DNA of 50,045 bases from Promethearchaeia archaeon (GCA_029856045.1 JAHQWG010000011.1:1-50045); one strand, 5' to 3'. Shown: positions 20,334-30,914, numbered from the stretch's first letter. Translations and numbers: made by a program. Notes: a model not told the origin generated them from the letters alone.

Positions 20334-21134
20334 ATGAGTTTTGTGAAAAAATTAGATGAAATAGAAAAAAAAAGAAAAGAAACGTATGATTTCTATTCTG
20401 CGGAAATGTTACTTGTGTTATGGGAAACAAAACCTGAAATTGTTGAACGATTACTTCCACCACCTTTAAAACCAGCTCAAATACCCATTGCTCATGCATT
20501 CATTGCTAATTATCCCAAAACTAATTTTGGGTTACCCTATTTAGAGAGTGCACTTTTTCTGAGGGCTGAATTCAATGGTGAAGAGGGGAGTTACTGCCTT
20601 GCAATGCATGTTACGGATGATATGGCTCTAGCAGGTGGTCGTGAATGGTTTGGATATCCCAAGAAAATGGCAAATATCCATTTAAAACGTGATGGAAAGG
20701 ATGTTGAAGGATGGTCAGAACGCCTTGAAACACGTTACTTTGAGGTAAGAGCAAACTTAAGCGGAAAATTCAATGATATGGAAGCTCCAAAGATCTTAAT
20801 CGGAATTGGGATGGTTCCTAGTAAGATGAAGAATACTGTAAATGTTAGTTTTAATTATAAACATTTTAATGCGCCTGAGATGCGTGGGTTCGATTATAAA
20901 CCCCGCCTAATCAGAGAAGAAGTAGAGTTCCGTCCAAAATCAATGGAAATGGGTGAGGTTGAAATGAAGCTTAAATCTTCAATACATGACCCATGGGGTG
21001 AAGTAGAGATTGTCAAAGTGTTGGGTGCGTTATACATCGTAGGAGATAACTCTATGCACCCAGGTAGTACCGTAGCCGAAGTAGACCAAGATAAATTCGA
21101 ACCATATGCATTCCTGAAGTGGGACTGGTATTAA
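20334..21134 (+). CDS. Acetoacetate decarboxylase-like protein (paralog A)
   Basis: LLPPPL, Y.E, GRE.FGYPKK Schiff-base Lys motif; start at MSFVKK matches the paralog at 32156-32956. Confidence 0.85.
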   Translation: MSFVKKLDEIEKKRKETYDFYSAEMLLVLWETKPEIVERLLPPPLKPAQIPIAHAFIANYPKTNFGLPYLESALFLRAEFNGEEGSYCLAMHVTDDMALAGGREWFGYPKKMANIHLKRDGKDVEGWSERLETRYFEVRANLSGKFNDMEAPKILIGIGMVPSKMKNTVNVSFNYKHFNAPEMRGFDYKPRLIREEVEFRPKSMEMGEVEMKLKSSIHDPWGEVEIVKVLGALYIVGDNSMHPGSTVAEVDQDKFEPYAFLKWDWY

Positions 21135-21377
21135 TTTATATCTGATATTTCTAATAATTGGAATAAAAGAGAAAAAAAAATTATATTGATTGATTTTTCT
21201 GTTGATTTTTTTTTCATATTTTCCATTCACTATTCTTCTTAATGTCATTTCCTTAATTTTTGTTTTCTATTCTTTTTTATTCTTAGAAGGGATTTAGGAT
21301 GTAATAGATACGAATACAAGGCATTTACAGAATATTTCAAATCCGAAAGAATTATGCGCTAATTACTTTTATTGGTT

Positions 21378-21407
21378 AAAAAGTAGAAAAGTATAAAAAG
21401 TAGAAAA
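21378..21407 (+). promoter_or_regulatory. Direct repeat AAAAAGTAGAAAA x2 around a TATA-like element; candidate antitoxin operator
   Basis: Copies at 21378-21390 and 21395-21407, just upstream of the TA operon. Confidence 0.45.
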
Positions 21408-21421
21408 TTCTATTAATCATT

Positions 21422-21688
21422 ATGGCAAATGTGAAATTAAATAATAAGAGATTGCTTGAAAAACTACAAGCAGAAATTACTCTAAAATTAGGGAAAAAAA
21501 TGTCTCAACAGGAAGTGTTAGACAAAAGTATTGAATTTACATATAATAGACTTAATGAATTCTTTGTTGAAAATATTGATAAACCTGCTGTAACTAAAAA
21601 ATTCATAGAGAGACTCAGAGAAAGTGCAAGTGATGCGCCTCTTTATCATTTAGACAGATCTGATGATGAGTTAATCTATGGTCTCTGA
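21422..21688 (+). CDS. Putative VapB-type antitoxin (RHH-like)
   Basis: 88 aa immediately upstream of a PIN gene; acidic DDELIYG C-terminus typical of archaeal antitoxins. Confidence 0.7.
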   Translation: MANVKLNNKRLLEKLQAEITLKLGKKMSQQEVLDKSIEFTYNRLNEFFVENIDKPAVTKKFIERLRESASDAPLYHLDRSDDELIYGL

Positions 21689-21730
21689 AAAATAAATATC
21701 AAATTTAAGAAAATTAAGAGCGAATTAATC

Positions 21731-22147
21731 GTGATTATAATTTTAGATACTAATTTTTTGTTCGCTTTAAAATCTAAGAAAGACCAATATCATGAAAGAG
21801 CATATGAGATTTTTAACGAATTTGAGGAAGAAAATCCAAAATATTTTACAAATTACTTCATAATGAATGAAACTTTAACTTTAGCTATTGTTCGCTCTCA
21901 CGGAAATATTTCTTTTTTAGGAAAGTATATTACCTTATTCTTTGGAAATGATAATTTTTTTCAAGTTTTTCAAAATACACCTCAAGAATTCCCAAAAATC
22001 GTTGAAGTTTGTAAGAAATATATTACCTCTAAAAGATTGATTAGTTTTACCGATGCTTCATTAATTTATTTATACCAAAAGTTTAATGCTGATTATGTCC
22101 TTTCGTTTGATAGTCATTTTGATAATATACTCAATAGGAAATTTTAG
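21731..22147 (+). CDS. vapC: PIN-domain VapC toxin
   Basis: LDTNFL, D.YH..A, E, SFTDA, SFD.HF. Confidence 0.9.
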   Translation: MIIILDTNFLFALKSKKDQYHERAYEIFNEFEEENPKYFTNYFIMNETLTLAIVRSHGNISFLGKYITLFFGNDNFFQVFQNTPQEFPKIVEVCKKYITSKRLISFTDASLIYLYQKFNADYVLSFDSHFDNILNRKF

Positions 22148-22254
22148 GAATTATTTACAAATATTTATATACCTATTAATATCAAAATATTGTGAGTTGA
22201 AAAACAATTAATAGCAAACTAAAAGCGATTACTTCACCCCCAAGCCGAGAAGAA

Positions 22255-23370
22255 TTGTCTAATCGCTTGGAAAAGGTAAGAAGGTTAATGCGCAAAGAAG
22301 GTCTGGATTATTATATCTCCTTCGACCCAGTGAATATTTATTATTTAACTAACTTTGCTAATAAAGTACATGAACGCCCCTTTATTCTTGTAATTGCAAA
22401 AGAGGGAATTCCGAAAATGCTAGTTCCACTATTAGAGAAGGGTCATGTCGAGACCAGATCAAGGTGTGAACTTGAATTTGTAAGTTATTATGAGTTCCCA
22501 GCGCCTGAAGGGCAAAATTGGTATGATCATTATCGCAACCTTATTGAGGATGATGCGAAAGTAGGAATTGAATCTGCTATGCCTACTGGGATCGAAGAAA
22601 AAACACCCGGAAAGAAAATTATTATTGATATTATCGATGAAGTCCGTATTATAAAAACAGAATATGAGATCGGGCGTACTGTCCATGCCTGCCGGGTTGT
22701 AAATAAGGGTCATAAAAAGTTACTGAAAATTTGCAAACCTAAAATGTTGGAATTTGCATTATATCAAGAGGTCACCAATGTAATGACGACCAAGATAGTA
22801 ACAGATATCCCCAATGCAAACTTCATAATAACCAATACTGTAGGTGCTGTTTGGCCACCGTCCTTTTCTCATGAACCTCATATCGTTCCGAATATATTTG
22901 CTGAGATGGAAGAAGGAGGTCCCCATGTTTCCATAGTGTCTGCTCAAGTAGATGGCTACGGTGTGGAAATTGAAAGAACTTTCTTTTTAGGTTATGTTCC
23001 TGAGAAAACAAAGGAGCCTTTTGAAGTCATGTTTGAAGCAAGGGCTCTTGCATATAACCTTGTAAAACCAGGAGTTATTATGAGCGAGATTGATAAAAAA
23101 GTTCGTAAATTTATCACTGACCGAGGTTATGGTGATTATATCATACACCGAACTGGCCATGGTCTTGGAATCACCGGACACGAGGCGCCCTATATTGCCG
23201 AAGGATACGATCGGGAACTTCAACCCAATATGGTTATCAGCATTGAACCCGGAATTTATATACCTGGTTTGGGGGGTTTTCGACACTCTGATACCGTATT
23301 AATAACGGAGGATGGGTATTTAAAATTAACAAAAGCTCCGGAAAAACTTGAAGACTTGATCATTGAGTAA
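22255..23370 (+). CDS. Xaa-Pro aminopeptidase/creatinase-like M24 family protein
   Basis: Creatinase-N-like region plus HRTGHGLG..HE.P, EPG.Y and RHSDT motifs. Confidence 0.9.
   Translation: MSNRLEKVRRLMRKEGLDYYISFDPVNIYYLTNFANKVHERPFILVIAKEGIPKMLVPLLEKGHVETRSRCELEFVSYYEFPAPEGQNWYDHYRNLIEDDAKVGIESAMPTGIEEKTPGKKIIIDIIDEVRIIKTEYEIGRTVHACRVVNKGHKKLLKICKPKMLEFALYQEVTNVMTTKIVTDIPNANFIITNTVGAVWPPSFSHEPHIVPNIFAEMEEGGPHVSIVSAQVDGYGVEIERTFFLGYVPEKTKEPFEVMFEARALAYNLVKPGVIMSEIDKKVRKFITDRGYGDYIIHRTGHGLGITGHEAPYIAEGYDRELQPNMVISIEPGIYIPGLGGFRHSDTVLITEDGYLKLTKAPEKLEDLIIE
23287..23370 (+). repeat. 84-bp direct repeat, copy 1 (3' end of the M24 peptidase gene)
   Basis: 75/84 identical to 24308-24391. Confidence 0.9.
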
Positions 23371-23382
23371 AAATTAATTTTA

Positions 23383-24171
23383 TTATTTTCTATTAACGTA
23401 ATTTAAAAAAGCTTTAATGATCATATGAAATTTAGGATCTGAAACAATGGTCCCATGGTCTTTACCTTGAATCTGAAAATGACAGGCATCTGGAACTAAT
23501 TTTGCGATCAATGCTTTATCGCCTGGTAAAAAATCATCTGAACCTATCACGGTCATAACAGGCACTGAAATTTTTTTAAGAACTGTTTCAAGACGTTTCT
23601 GATTTGAGAATATTTTTTCTGATTCTTGGTCAGAACCTTTCATTACTGCTGCCAATGCATTCAAATCGGCACCTGTCGATTCTGCAAATCTACGAAATTC
23701 TTTACCTCCTGGATCTTTAACTTGTTCTATACTTTCTGCTTTTAACGCATTTATATATGAATCATATCTCAGCGTTGTTTGTTCATCATTCGGTGAAGAT
23801 AATACAAAACCTCCTAGAATTGCGCAATTAATTCGACTAGGCTCTTTGAGTAATAAATTCAATGTGAGCGAAGAACCCATAGAATAACCTAAGAAATTTG
23901 ATCTCTCGATCGATAAATGATCCATCAATTTAGAAATATCTTCCATCATTTTTGCGCCGTATTGAGCTGGATCTGTGGGTTTATCACTCTTTCCATGACC
24001 TCGACAATCCATCAGAATTAATCGATTTTCATCCTTTAAAGCCTTTATACAATTTGTTATTTTCCAATTGAAATCAATATTCGCTGCAAATCCATGAATC
24101 ATGAATAAATCTGGACCTGCTCCTTTAATCTCATAATAGATTTTAACTCCTTCATTATCAAAAAATGGCAT
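23383..24171 (-). CDS. Alpha/beta hydrolase
   Basis: HGF, D.RGHGKS, GYSMG nucleophile elbow, C-terminal D and H. Confidence 0.92.
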   Translation of the reverse strand: MPFFDNEGVKIYYEIKGAGPDLFMIHGFAANIDFNWKITNCIKALKDENRLILMDCRGHGKSDKPTDPAQYGAKMMEDISKLMDHLSIERSNFLGYSMGSSLTLNLLLKEPSRINCAILGGFVLSSPNDEQTTLRYDSYINALKAESIEQVKDPGGKEFRRFAESTGADLNALAAVMKGSDQESEKIFSNQKRLETVLKKISVPVMTVIGSDDFLPGDKALIAKLVPDACHFQIQGKDHGTIVSDPKFHMIIKAFLNYVNRK

Positions 24172-24307
24172 AATTTTCTATCTCCATTTTATTATACAAT
24201 TATGTAACTTTTAAATATATTTATCCCATACTATTAGTTATTAGCATATTTTCAATGGTGAAATTTTTATGAAAATATTTGAAAAAATTAAATCTAATAA
24301 AAAACGT

Positions 24308-24391
24308 TCTGATACCATATTAATAACTGAGGACGGGTATTTAAAATTGACGAAAGCTCCCGAAAAACTTGAAGAGTTGATAATTAAGTAA
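24308..24391 (+). pseudogene. Orphan duplicate of the last 28 codons of the M24 peptidase (repeat copy 2)
   Basis: Reads SDTILITEDGYLKLTKAPEKLEELIIK* versus SDTVLITEDGYLKLTKAPEKLEDLIIE*. Confidence 0.9.
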
Positions 24392-24526
24392 AAAAAATCA
24401 ATTATGCAATTTTTATTAATATTAATTCTGCTATTTTTGAGAATTTTTTACATTTTACAATTTTTTCTTTTTAACTAAATAACATCCTTCATTTTATGAT
24501 TGAAATTCAGTGATTTACACTAGCAT

Positions 24527-25957
24527 TTAAGTTTTTAATTTTTGTTTTTTAGAAAGCGTTTGAAGATATTCACGTTCTTTTTGTTCATGTAATTCCATTA
24601 TATAACTTTTCTTTTTAAGCCATTCAGGTCCATCTAATGGATACCAACGCAAAGTAATTGCGCTGATACCAATTAAAATAGCTGGAAGTATACAAAACGC
24701 AATTAAAATGCCAATAATGGCTAATTCAGGCTGAGGTTGTTTAATAGAAATCCCATTTTCTATAATTGGATCCACGAATCCAGATATTGTTATAATTCCT
24801 AGAAACATCCAATTGGCAATAGAGATCCCTGGTTTTGTAACTATTGCATTAACTCCACCATAGATCCCTTCTCTACGTTTTCCAGTGATTAATTCGTCGT
24901 TATCAATAACTTCTCCCATTAAAACTCCATTCGCGATCAATGCTCCTGCGAACCCGATACCTAAGAAAAAAGTTGGGATTGCAGCTAAATAGGAATTTCG
25001 CCCAAGAAAAAACAAAATTGCAAAACTAATTGAAATTAATAATAAACTTCTGATCATTGTCTTTTTTGCACCCCAAGTGCCCATTTTTTTTAGATTAAAT
25101 CCCATTCCAAATATAATTCCAATGATAAGGGCAAGTCCAAACAAAATTATATTTTGACCAATAACTACATAGTCGATGTAATAAAGTAAACCAGTTTGCA
25201 AAACAGGATATATTAAATTTATGCAAAAAGAAGGTATCATAAAAATCCAAAAAGGTTTGTTTTTTAATGTTAATCTTAAGCCTTCAATAAATGGTTCATA
25301 AGGTTGCATTTGGGCGAATATATTTTCTTTAATGAAGAATGATGTTATAAAAAGCACTAGTGTGCAGCTGAAACCCATAATAAGTATTGAAATCCTAAAT
25401 ATTAGGGAAATTCCTTCTTGACCGGTTAGAAGAACAATTGGAAGAATTATTCCTAGTGCTATATTTACAAATCTAATTGCATTAGAATAGACCATGACAC
25501 TTGCTCGTTCCTTAGCTGTTACAGCAATCTCATTCGGGAGAGAAAAAAAACAGCACCCAACGAAAGTAAACATCGTATCTAAGATAAATAATGCTATTAA
25601 AAAATTAAAGAAGAGAGCTATCTGATCATTTAAAGGAGCTATAGGAAACCAACAAAAAATAAAGGCTAATCCATAAAAAACTGACCCATACCTTATATAA
25701 GGAATACGCCGCCCTATTTTTGTTCTAGTATTATCGATGAAATATGATGCGATAGGGTCGTTTATTGTGTTCCAAATAGCAAATATTAGCCAAGCGATTC
25801 CCAAAAATGTTGCATCCGCACCTAGTTTTTGATTGTAGAAAAATGTGAGATTAGCAAAAACAAATCCATTAAGAATGTCACTAGCAAGCCCCCCAAAACC
25901 AAAGCTAATTTTTTCTTTTATTGGTACATGTTCTTCGGGTAAATCTATTTTTGCCAT
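24527..25957 (-). CDS. MFS transporter, GPH family
   Basis: WNTINDP, GRR.PY, D.DE..TG.RREG.Y.G. Confidence 0.88.
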   Translation of the reverse strand: MAKIDLPEEHVPIKEKISFGFGGLASDILNGFVFANLTFFYNQKLGADATFLGIAWLIFAIWNTINDPIASYFIDNTRTKIGRRIPYIRYGSVFYGLAFIFCWFPIAPLNDQIALFFNFLIALFILDTMFTFVGCCFFSLPNEIAVTAKERASVMVYSNAIRFVNIALGIILPIVLLTGQEGISLIFRISILIMGFSCTLVLFITSFFIKENIFAQMQPYEPFIEGLRLTLKNKPFWIFMIPSFCINLIYPVLQTGLLYYIDYVVIGQNIILFGLALIIGIIFGMGFNLKKMGTWGAKKTMIRSLLLISISFAILFFLGRNSYLAAIPTFFLGIGFAGALIANGVLMGEVIDNDELITGKRREGIYGGVNAIVTKPGISIANWMFLGIITISGFVDPIIENGISIKQPQPELAIIGILIAFCILPAILIGISAITLRWYPLDGPEWLKKKSYIMELHEQKEREYLQTLSKKQKLKT

Positions 25958-26036
25958 ATTTTATTTTCGTTGGTAAATTATATAAATATTATATTCCAAT
26001 TTAGTTTATTTATTGATTAATAAAGTGTTTCAAGAA

Positions 26037-27266
26037 TTAATTCAATGCCTGGTCGATTAACTCTAAAAGATCAACCATTTTTATATTGGAATTCAATGCT
26101 TTTATCGCATCGTCAAGATTCCTGAAACAAAAGGGGCAGATGCTGACTAGGTTTTCTGCCCCAGTTTCTTCCGCTTCTTGAACTCTGCTTTTTGCAATCT
26201 CTAAAGCTAACTCGGGAAATGCTTTTTTAACTCCCCCTCCAGCGCCACAGCATTTAGCGTTTTCTTTAATGGTTGCCATTTCTATTAGATTTGCCATTTT
26301 TCTTAAAAGTTCTCTCGGTTCTTCGTAAAGGGGAGTACCTCCTGAGTTTCTTCCTGTATGGCAAGGATCATGGTAAGTTGCGTTAATTCCTAGATTTTTT
26401 AATTGAATATTTTTTTCTTTTATAATTTTGCGTATGAGTTCAATTGTATGAATAACATTTATATCTAAATCTTTAAGTAAATCAGCATAATCCAGTTTAA
26501 GTGTTCGATAACACCCTGCACAGCTGGTAATAATTGTTTTTATTCCACTTTTTAGAAACAAATCAAGATTTTTATCACTAACATAATTAAACGCTTTCCG
26601 ATCTCCGGTTCGCATTGCAACACTTCCACAGCATACTTCATTTTCTCCAAAAACAGAAAAATCGACTCCCAATTTTTTAAGAACCTTTGCCGTATTTATA
26701 GCTACTGTTTGAATTTGTGGAGTTAAGGCGGTAGTACATCCCACGAAATAAAGAACCTCCGCTTTCTCAGAACTTGCATCCTTTATTTTGAAATCGAGTT
26801 TTTCTAACCAATCATTTTTCTGTTTTCTATCTCGTTTATATGGATTTAATAAATCAGTCATTGCTTGATTCATTTCATTATGCCCATCTAAAGCATAACC
26901 CGCATCCACCAATTCTGCTCTCAAAGCTTCATAAAAAGAAGCATTATCTATATCATAAAAACAGGCTTCTGAACAAGCATTACAAGTAGGGCATTGATAA
27001 ATTACCTCCGCCATATCTTTACTCAATTCTAATTTACCCTGCCATAGAGAACGGATAATTTGCATTTTCCCTCTGCCAAAGAAAGGTTCAAAACCCGGAG
27101 TATGGTCTCTTGCCACACAAACGCCCCATTTTGGAGGGTCTGAGGAAAAATCAGTTGCTTCTCGACAATCCCCGCAAGAGATACATTGCAATATCATTCG
27201 TTCTAACTTACTTAAATGCTTATATTTTTCCCTTGAACTTATTTCAGTCATTATTTTACCCTCCAT
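26037..27266 (-). CDS. GlcF/HdrD-like Fe-S oxidoreductase (4Fe-4S + two CCG domains)
   Basis: CxxCxxC twice, FVGC, CCG, SCAGC, YHDPCH, CCGAGGG, CPFC. Confidence 0.9.
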   Translation of the reverse strand: MEGKIMTEISSREKYKHLSKLERMILQCISCGDCREATDFSSDPPKWGVCVARDHTPGFEPFFGRGKMQIIRSLWQGKLELSKDMAEVIYQCPTCNACSEACFYDIDNASFYEALRAELVDAGYALDGHNEMNQAMTDLLNPYKRDRKQKNDWLEKLDFKIKDASSEKAEVLYFVGCTTALTPQIQTVAINTAKVLKKLGVDFSVFGENEVCCGSVAMRTGDRKAFNYVSDKNLDLFLKSGIKTIITSCAGCYRTLKLDYADLLKDLDINVIHTIELIRKIIKEKNIQLKNLGINATYHDPCHTGRNSGGTPLYEEPRELLRKMANLIEMATIKENAKCCGAGGGVKKAFPELALEIAKSRVQEAEETGAENLVSICPFCFRNLDDAIKALNSNIKMVDLLELIDQALN

Positions 27267-27268
27267 TA

Positions 27269-28792
27269 CTAATCTTTACTAATATATTTAGTAATATCAT
27301 CTTTAAAGCTATACATATGGAATTTATTCGGACTCAATAAAAAATTCGGATCTACTGTTTTTTTCATATCCTTAAAAAATTGCATAAATTCGGGTGAGTA
27401 GGCACCTGCTTCGACTATTGATTGTGAAATCGACTCTCCTAGCCAGTAATGCACAGCCCCATATTTCACCTGAGCTCTTACTTTTTTATGCCACATATTC
27501 ATTGCAATTGGATGTTGTTCATCCGTATTATCAACACTAAACCCTCCCGCAAACACACAATTTCCATTTGGTAAAAGATGGATGGAGGAAGCAAATAAAG
27601 AAAAACTTGATGCTGGAAATTCACTTCTATATTTTTTGTCAAACTCAGCACTCAAATTTATTTTTTCTGGAGCTGATGAAATTGGAACTTTATGGCATGT
27701 TACGCATGAAATTCTAGGTGGAGCGAGAGAAACGAATTTATTAAAATAATTGTAAGCATACCTTAAATTGAACTTCCAATCTTTAGCTAATTCGGTACTT
27801 AAATCAATTTCTTGCCATTCAAAAGGTCTAGCATCATTCTTCATAATCTCATCAACTTTTTCAAGATAAACATCTAAAATTCGTTCATCAAATGCTTCCA
27901 AATATACTGAAAAAACAGGTCCCCTTAGTTTTGCTTTTTTTGGCGGCTTTTTCTTCGCTTGAGACGCGAGAAGTCGAACTATAACTAGTGGTGAGATATA
28001 TAAATCATGCAATCCATCACTAACTTCTTTACGTAACTTATACATTAATTCAAATAGTTTATTATAATCATTTTTAGAAAGCATGTAAGTTCTTAATATT
28101 TTTATTGGAGAATTTGGAAATAATCTAAGAAATGTTTTAGTTTTAATACCCATAGTTCCTACATCTCCCATAAAAAGCCCAGTAAAGTCCGGTGCGACCC
28201 CATATCTGCAAAATGGTTTTGCATACTTATTAGCTGCAGCTCCCGTTCTTATGATTGTCCCTTTAGGATTGGGCAATACAACTTCAACACCTAAACAAAT
28301 ATCAGGAACTAAACCATATTTAGTGGAACCAAATCCTGCAGTGCTATTTGAAAGAGCACCTCCTACAGTCGCAGCATATCCACTTCCTGGACCAAGAACA
28401 CCCGTTGTTAAACCTCTTTTTTGTAATTCAGAAATTAAAGCACCCCAAGTCACTCCACATTCAACTTCACAATAAAAATCTGATTCATTAATTTCTAAAA
28501 TTTGATTCATTCTTGTAAGGTCAATGAGAATACCTCCCTCCGAAACAGAACCTCCCACCAAATCAGCACCTCCACCCCTCGGAACCATATGAATTTTATA
28601 TTTATTGGCAATTTTTACAATTTCAGAAACTTCTTCAGGTGTTTTAGGTCGAACTATCATATCTGCCCATCTATCAGGAAACGCAGGATCAACATTTCTT
28701 GAATATGCCGCTTTCATGAAATCCTTGTCAGTAATAAATTCCGATCCAATGAAATTTTCAATTTCCTTGTATGCATTTAAAATATTAGACAT
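27269..28792 (-). CDS. FAD-binding (FAD_binding_4, GlcD/VAO-like) oxidoreductase, paralog A
   Basis: P...EEV..I...AN, PRGGG, TVGG, KYG, GTMGI, DP...L.P.K. Confidence 0.9.
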   Translation of the reverse strand: MSNILNAYKEIENFIGSEFITDKDFMKAAYSRNVDPAFPDRWADMIVRPKTPEEVSEIVKIANKYKIHMVPRGGGADLVGGSVSEGGILIDLTRMNQILEINESDFYCEVECGVTWGALISELQKRGLTTGVLGPGSGYAATVGGALSNSTAGFGSTKYGLVPDICLGVEVVLPNPKGTIIRTGAAANKYAKPFCRYGVAPDFTGLFMGDVGTMGIKTKTFLRLFPNSPIKILRTYMLSKNDYNKLFELMYKLRKEVSDGLHDLYISPLVIVRLLASQAKKKPPKKAKLRGPVFSVYLEAFDERILDVYLEKVDEIMKNDARPFEWQEIDLSTELAKDWKFNLRYAYNYFNKFVSLAPPRISCVTCHKVPISSAPEKINLSAEFDKKYRSEFPASSFSLFASSIHLLPNGNCVFAGGFSVDNTDEQHPIAMNMWHKKVRAQVKYGAVHYWLGESISQSIVEAGAYSPEFMQFFKDMKKTVDPNFLLSPNKFHMYSFKDDITKYISKD

Positions 28793-28942
28793 TTTTTAAC
28801 TATGATTTTCAAATTTAATAATATAAAATTAGGTCTAGTGATTTAAATAAGTTTATTTACTCATTAAATATTTAATTCTATTCTTAACAAGAAATATGTT
28901 GTGAAGTAAATTAATGACTCATCTTACTATCCTTTTTTAGTT

Positions 28943-29713
28943 TTACTCGTTCAAAGATTGAAGGATTTTTTTTCTAGTTTGATGTACATACAATGTCTTT
29001 TCGCCATTACAAATTATACAATAAGTTCCGTAAGGATAAACGCTGTTCTGTTGAGCTTCTTTACAACTATTTATTTTAATTGTTTTTAATCTATCTTTCT
29101 TGTCTTTAAATTCGTCGTTCAGTTCCTCTACAAGATCTACAACATAAGGACATTGGTCGGAATACAATATCGTTACACCATCACTATATTCGCTTATTTT
29201 ATCATCCGACATGGGATAAAACTTTGGTTTGGGGGCTTTATCTGAAAAAATGTAGGCGTATAATTCGAAATATGGTTCCATTCCGTCTACTTTTTTAAAT
29301 CCGTTGTTTAAATATATGTTTCTTTTAGGCAACCACCCTCCCTTCTCTGCAGACATGCCTACGACACCGTGCATTCCTGCTTCTTTTGCGTCCCTAATTG
29401 CTTCTTGCAGAAGTGATGAACCATGTCCATGTTTTTTGTGCTTACCAACAACCCAAAGACAGTGAATGACCATCCAGCCATCAGTTTGGATTCCTCGCCA
29501 ATTATATTCGCCAGGAATGTATTCGATCATTCCCCGTGAAGTCTCTTTATCCCCCTCCTTCACGATGAGCAATTTGTATTTTAATCCCTCTTTGAAACGT
29601 TCTTTCATCCATTTTAACTTGCTTTGATAACCAGGTAATTTCTTCTTTGTTTTTTTACAAAACATTTCTTGTTCATCAATATTTTCTTCATTGATATCTA
29701 TTATTTTTGCCAT
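28943..29713 (-). CDS. GNAT acetyltransferase with YoaP-like C-terminal domain
   Basis: IEYIPGE..WR, IHCLWV, G.G..LL, QCPY, AQ....PYGT; start likely MAKIIDI at 29713. Confidence 0.85.
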   Translation of the reverse strand: MAKIIDINEENIDEQEMFCKKTKKKLPGYQSKLKWMKERFKEGLKYKLLIVKEGDKETSRGMIEYIPGEYNWRGIQTDGWMVIHCLWVVGKHKKHGHGSSLLQEAIRDAKEAGMHGVVGMSAEKGGWLPKRNIYLNNGFKKVDGMEPYFELYAYIFSDKAPKPKFYPMSDDKISEYSDGVTILYSDQCPYVVDLVEELNDEFKDKKDRLKTIKINSCKEAQQNSVYPYGTYCIICNGEKTLYVHQTRKKILQSLNE

Positions 29714-29744
29714 ATTTACTTTAACTCCTTTTTTATTAATATTT

Positions 29745-30245
29745 TTATTCTTCTTCAAAATAACCTTGCTCTTGCCACCATACAATACCATCTTCTAACC
29801 ATTCTGGCCAATCCTTCAACCAAGGAGCAATATGACAATCTCTAACACGATCGCAGATTGAAAAATATGCTTTAATATCTACAACTGGAGTGTCATCAAA
29901 AGCATCTAAACCACCTACTTTTAATATTCCTTTCCTTTCATTAAGTTCTAAAATATTAGTAGTCGTAATTGCAATAGGATTTGGACGATATTCTGCTCTT
30001 GTTGCAAAAATTCCCGTGACTGGTGCATCCTCACCATAGGGAGGCGTAATTTGCCATTCAGTTGAATTACGAATCTCATCAATATCATTCTCATGCGCCC
30101 ACCAAAAAATTATAACGTGGCTAAATTTGTCTAGCTCCTTAAGAGCAGGTCTGTATGGCTCCAATATTTCAATAAATGTTTCTTCTCCTTTTCGTCTTAC
30201 ATGACCAATAGGGAATAATTTAAATTCTTTTTTTGATTTGCTCAT
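29745..30245 (-). CDS. TrmO/TsaA (UPF0066) SAM-binding protein, copy 1
   Basis: PIG.V, GIFATRA.YRPNPI, LDA.D.TPV.DIK.Y. Confidence 0.88.
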   Translation of the reverse strand: MSKSKKEFKLFPIGHVRRKGEETFIEILEPYRPALKELDKFSHVIIFWWAHENDIDEIRNSTEWQITPPYGEDAPVTGIFATRAEYRPNPIAITTTNILELNERKGILKVGGLDAFDDTPVVDIKAYFSICDRVRDCHIAPWLKDWPEWLEDGIVWWQEQGYFEEE

Positions 30246-30307
30246 TGTTTCATATATTTTTTGATTTTTTAGTTATAAAATCACCAAGTCACAATTCTAT
30301 TTAAATA

Positions 30308-30344
30308 TTCACTTTTCTTAGGATTTTGTTCACTTTTTTTAGGA
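30308..30344. promoter_or_regulatory. Tandem 16-bp direct repeats TTCACTTTT(C/T)TTAGGA between back-to-back TATA boxes
   Basis: Copies at 30308-30323 and 30329-30344 (21-bp period), flanked by TATTTAAATA and TTTAAATA. Confidence 0.6.
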
Positions 30345-30392
30345 GGGTTTAAATATGATATATGTTTATTTTATATTAGGAATGAGAAGGCT

Positions 30393-30914
30393 GTGTGTGC
30401 TTTGAACATAGAACCAAAAATAATTAAAGAGAAGAGCTTAAAACTACTAGGATGCGTGTTTTATGGAGATCCCTTTCATTCTGCGAAAGAATGGACAATA
30501 GAAAATGAAATAGGTAAAACTTGGCTGCGTTTTGGAACCCTTTTTAGAAAATATTCAATTTTACTTGAAAAAATAAACGTGAATCCTTATGTGGCATATG
30601 AAATACATATAGAGCCCGAAGAATATAAGAAAACTAAAAAATATAATATTTTTGTGGGCATTGAAGTAAAAAATTATGATAAAATACCCTTAGAGATGTT
30701 CGTTAAAATTCTTCCAAAAACAAGTTATGTGATGTTCATTACTAAAGGCAGAGATTTCAGTGAAGGTGAATATGTGTTTAAAAAGTGGTTACCAAATTCA
30801 AATTGCGAGCAAGCATATCCATATATAATTCAATCTTACGATAGAAGACGATTCAAGGCACTCGATGATGATGAATCCGAAATTGATTGGTATATTCCAA
30901 TTAAAGAAAAATAG
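30393..30914 (+). CDS. GyrI-like small-molecule-binding protein
   Basis: YNIFVG.EV, P...Y..F, WLP.S..E, EIDWYIPIK. Confidence 0.85.
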   Translation: MCALNIEPKIIKEKSLKLLGCVFYGDPFHSAKEWTIENEIGKTWLRFGTLFRKYSILLEKINVNPYVAYEIHIEPEEYKKTKKYNIFVGIEVKNYDKIPLEMFVKILPKTSYVMFITKGRDFSEGEYVFKKWLPNSNCEQAYPYIIQSYDRRRFKALDDDESEIDWYIPIKEK

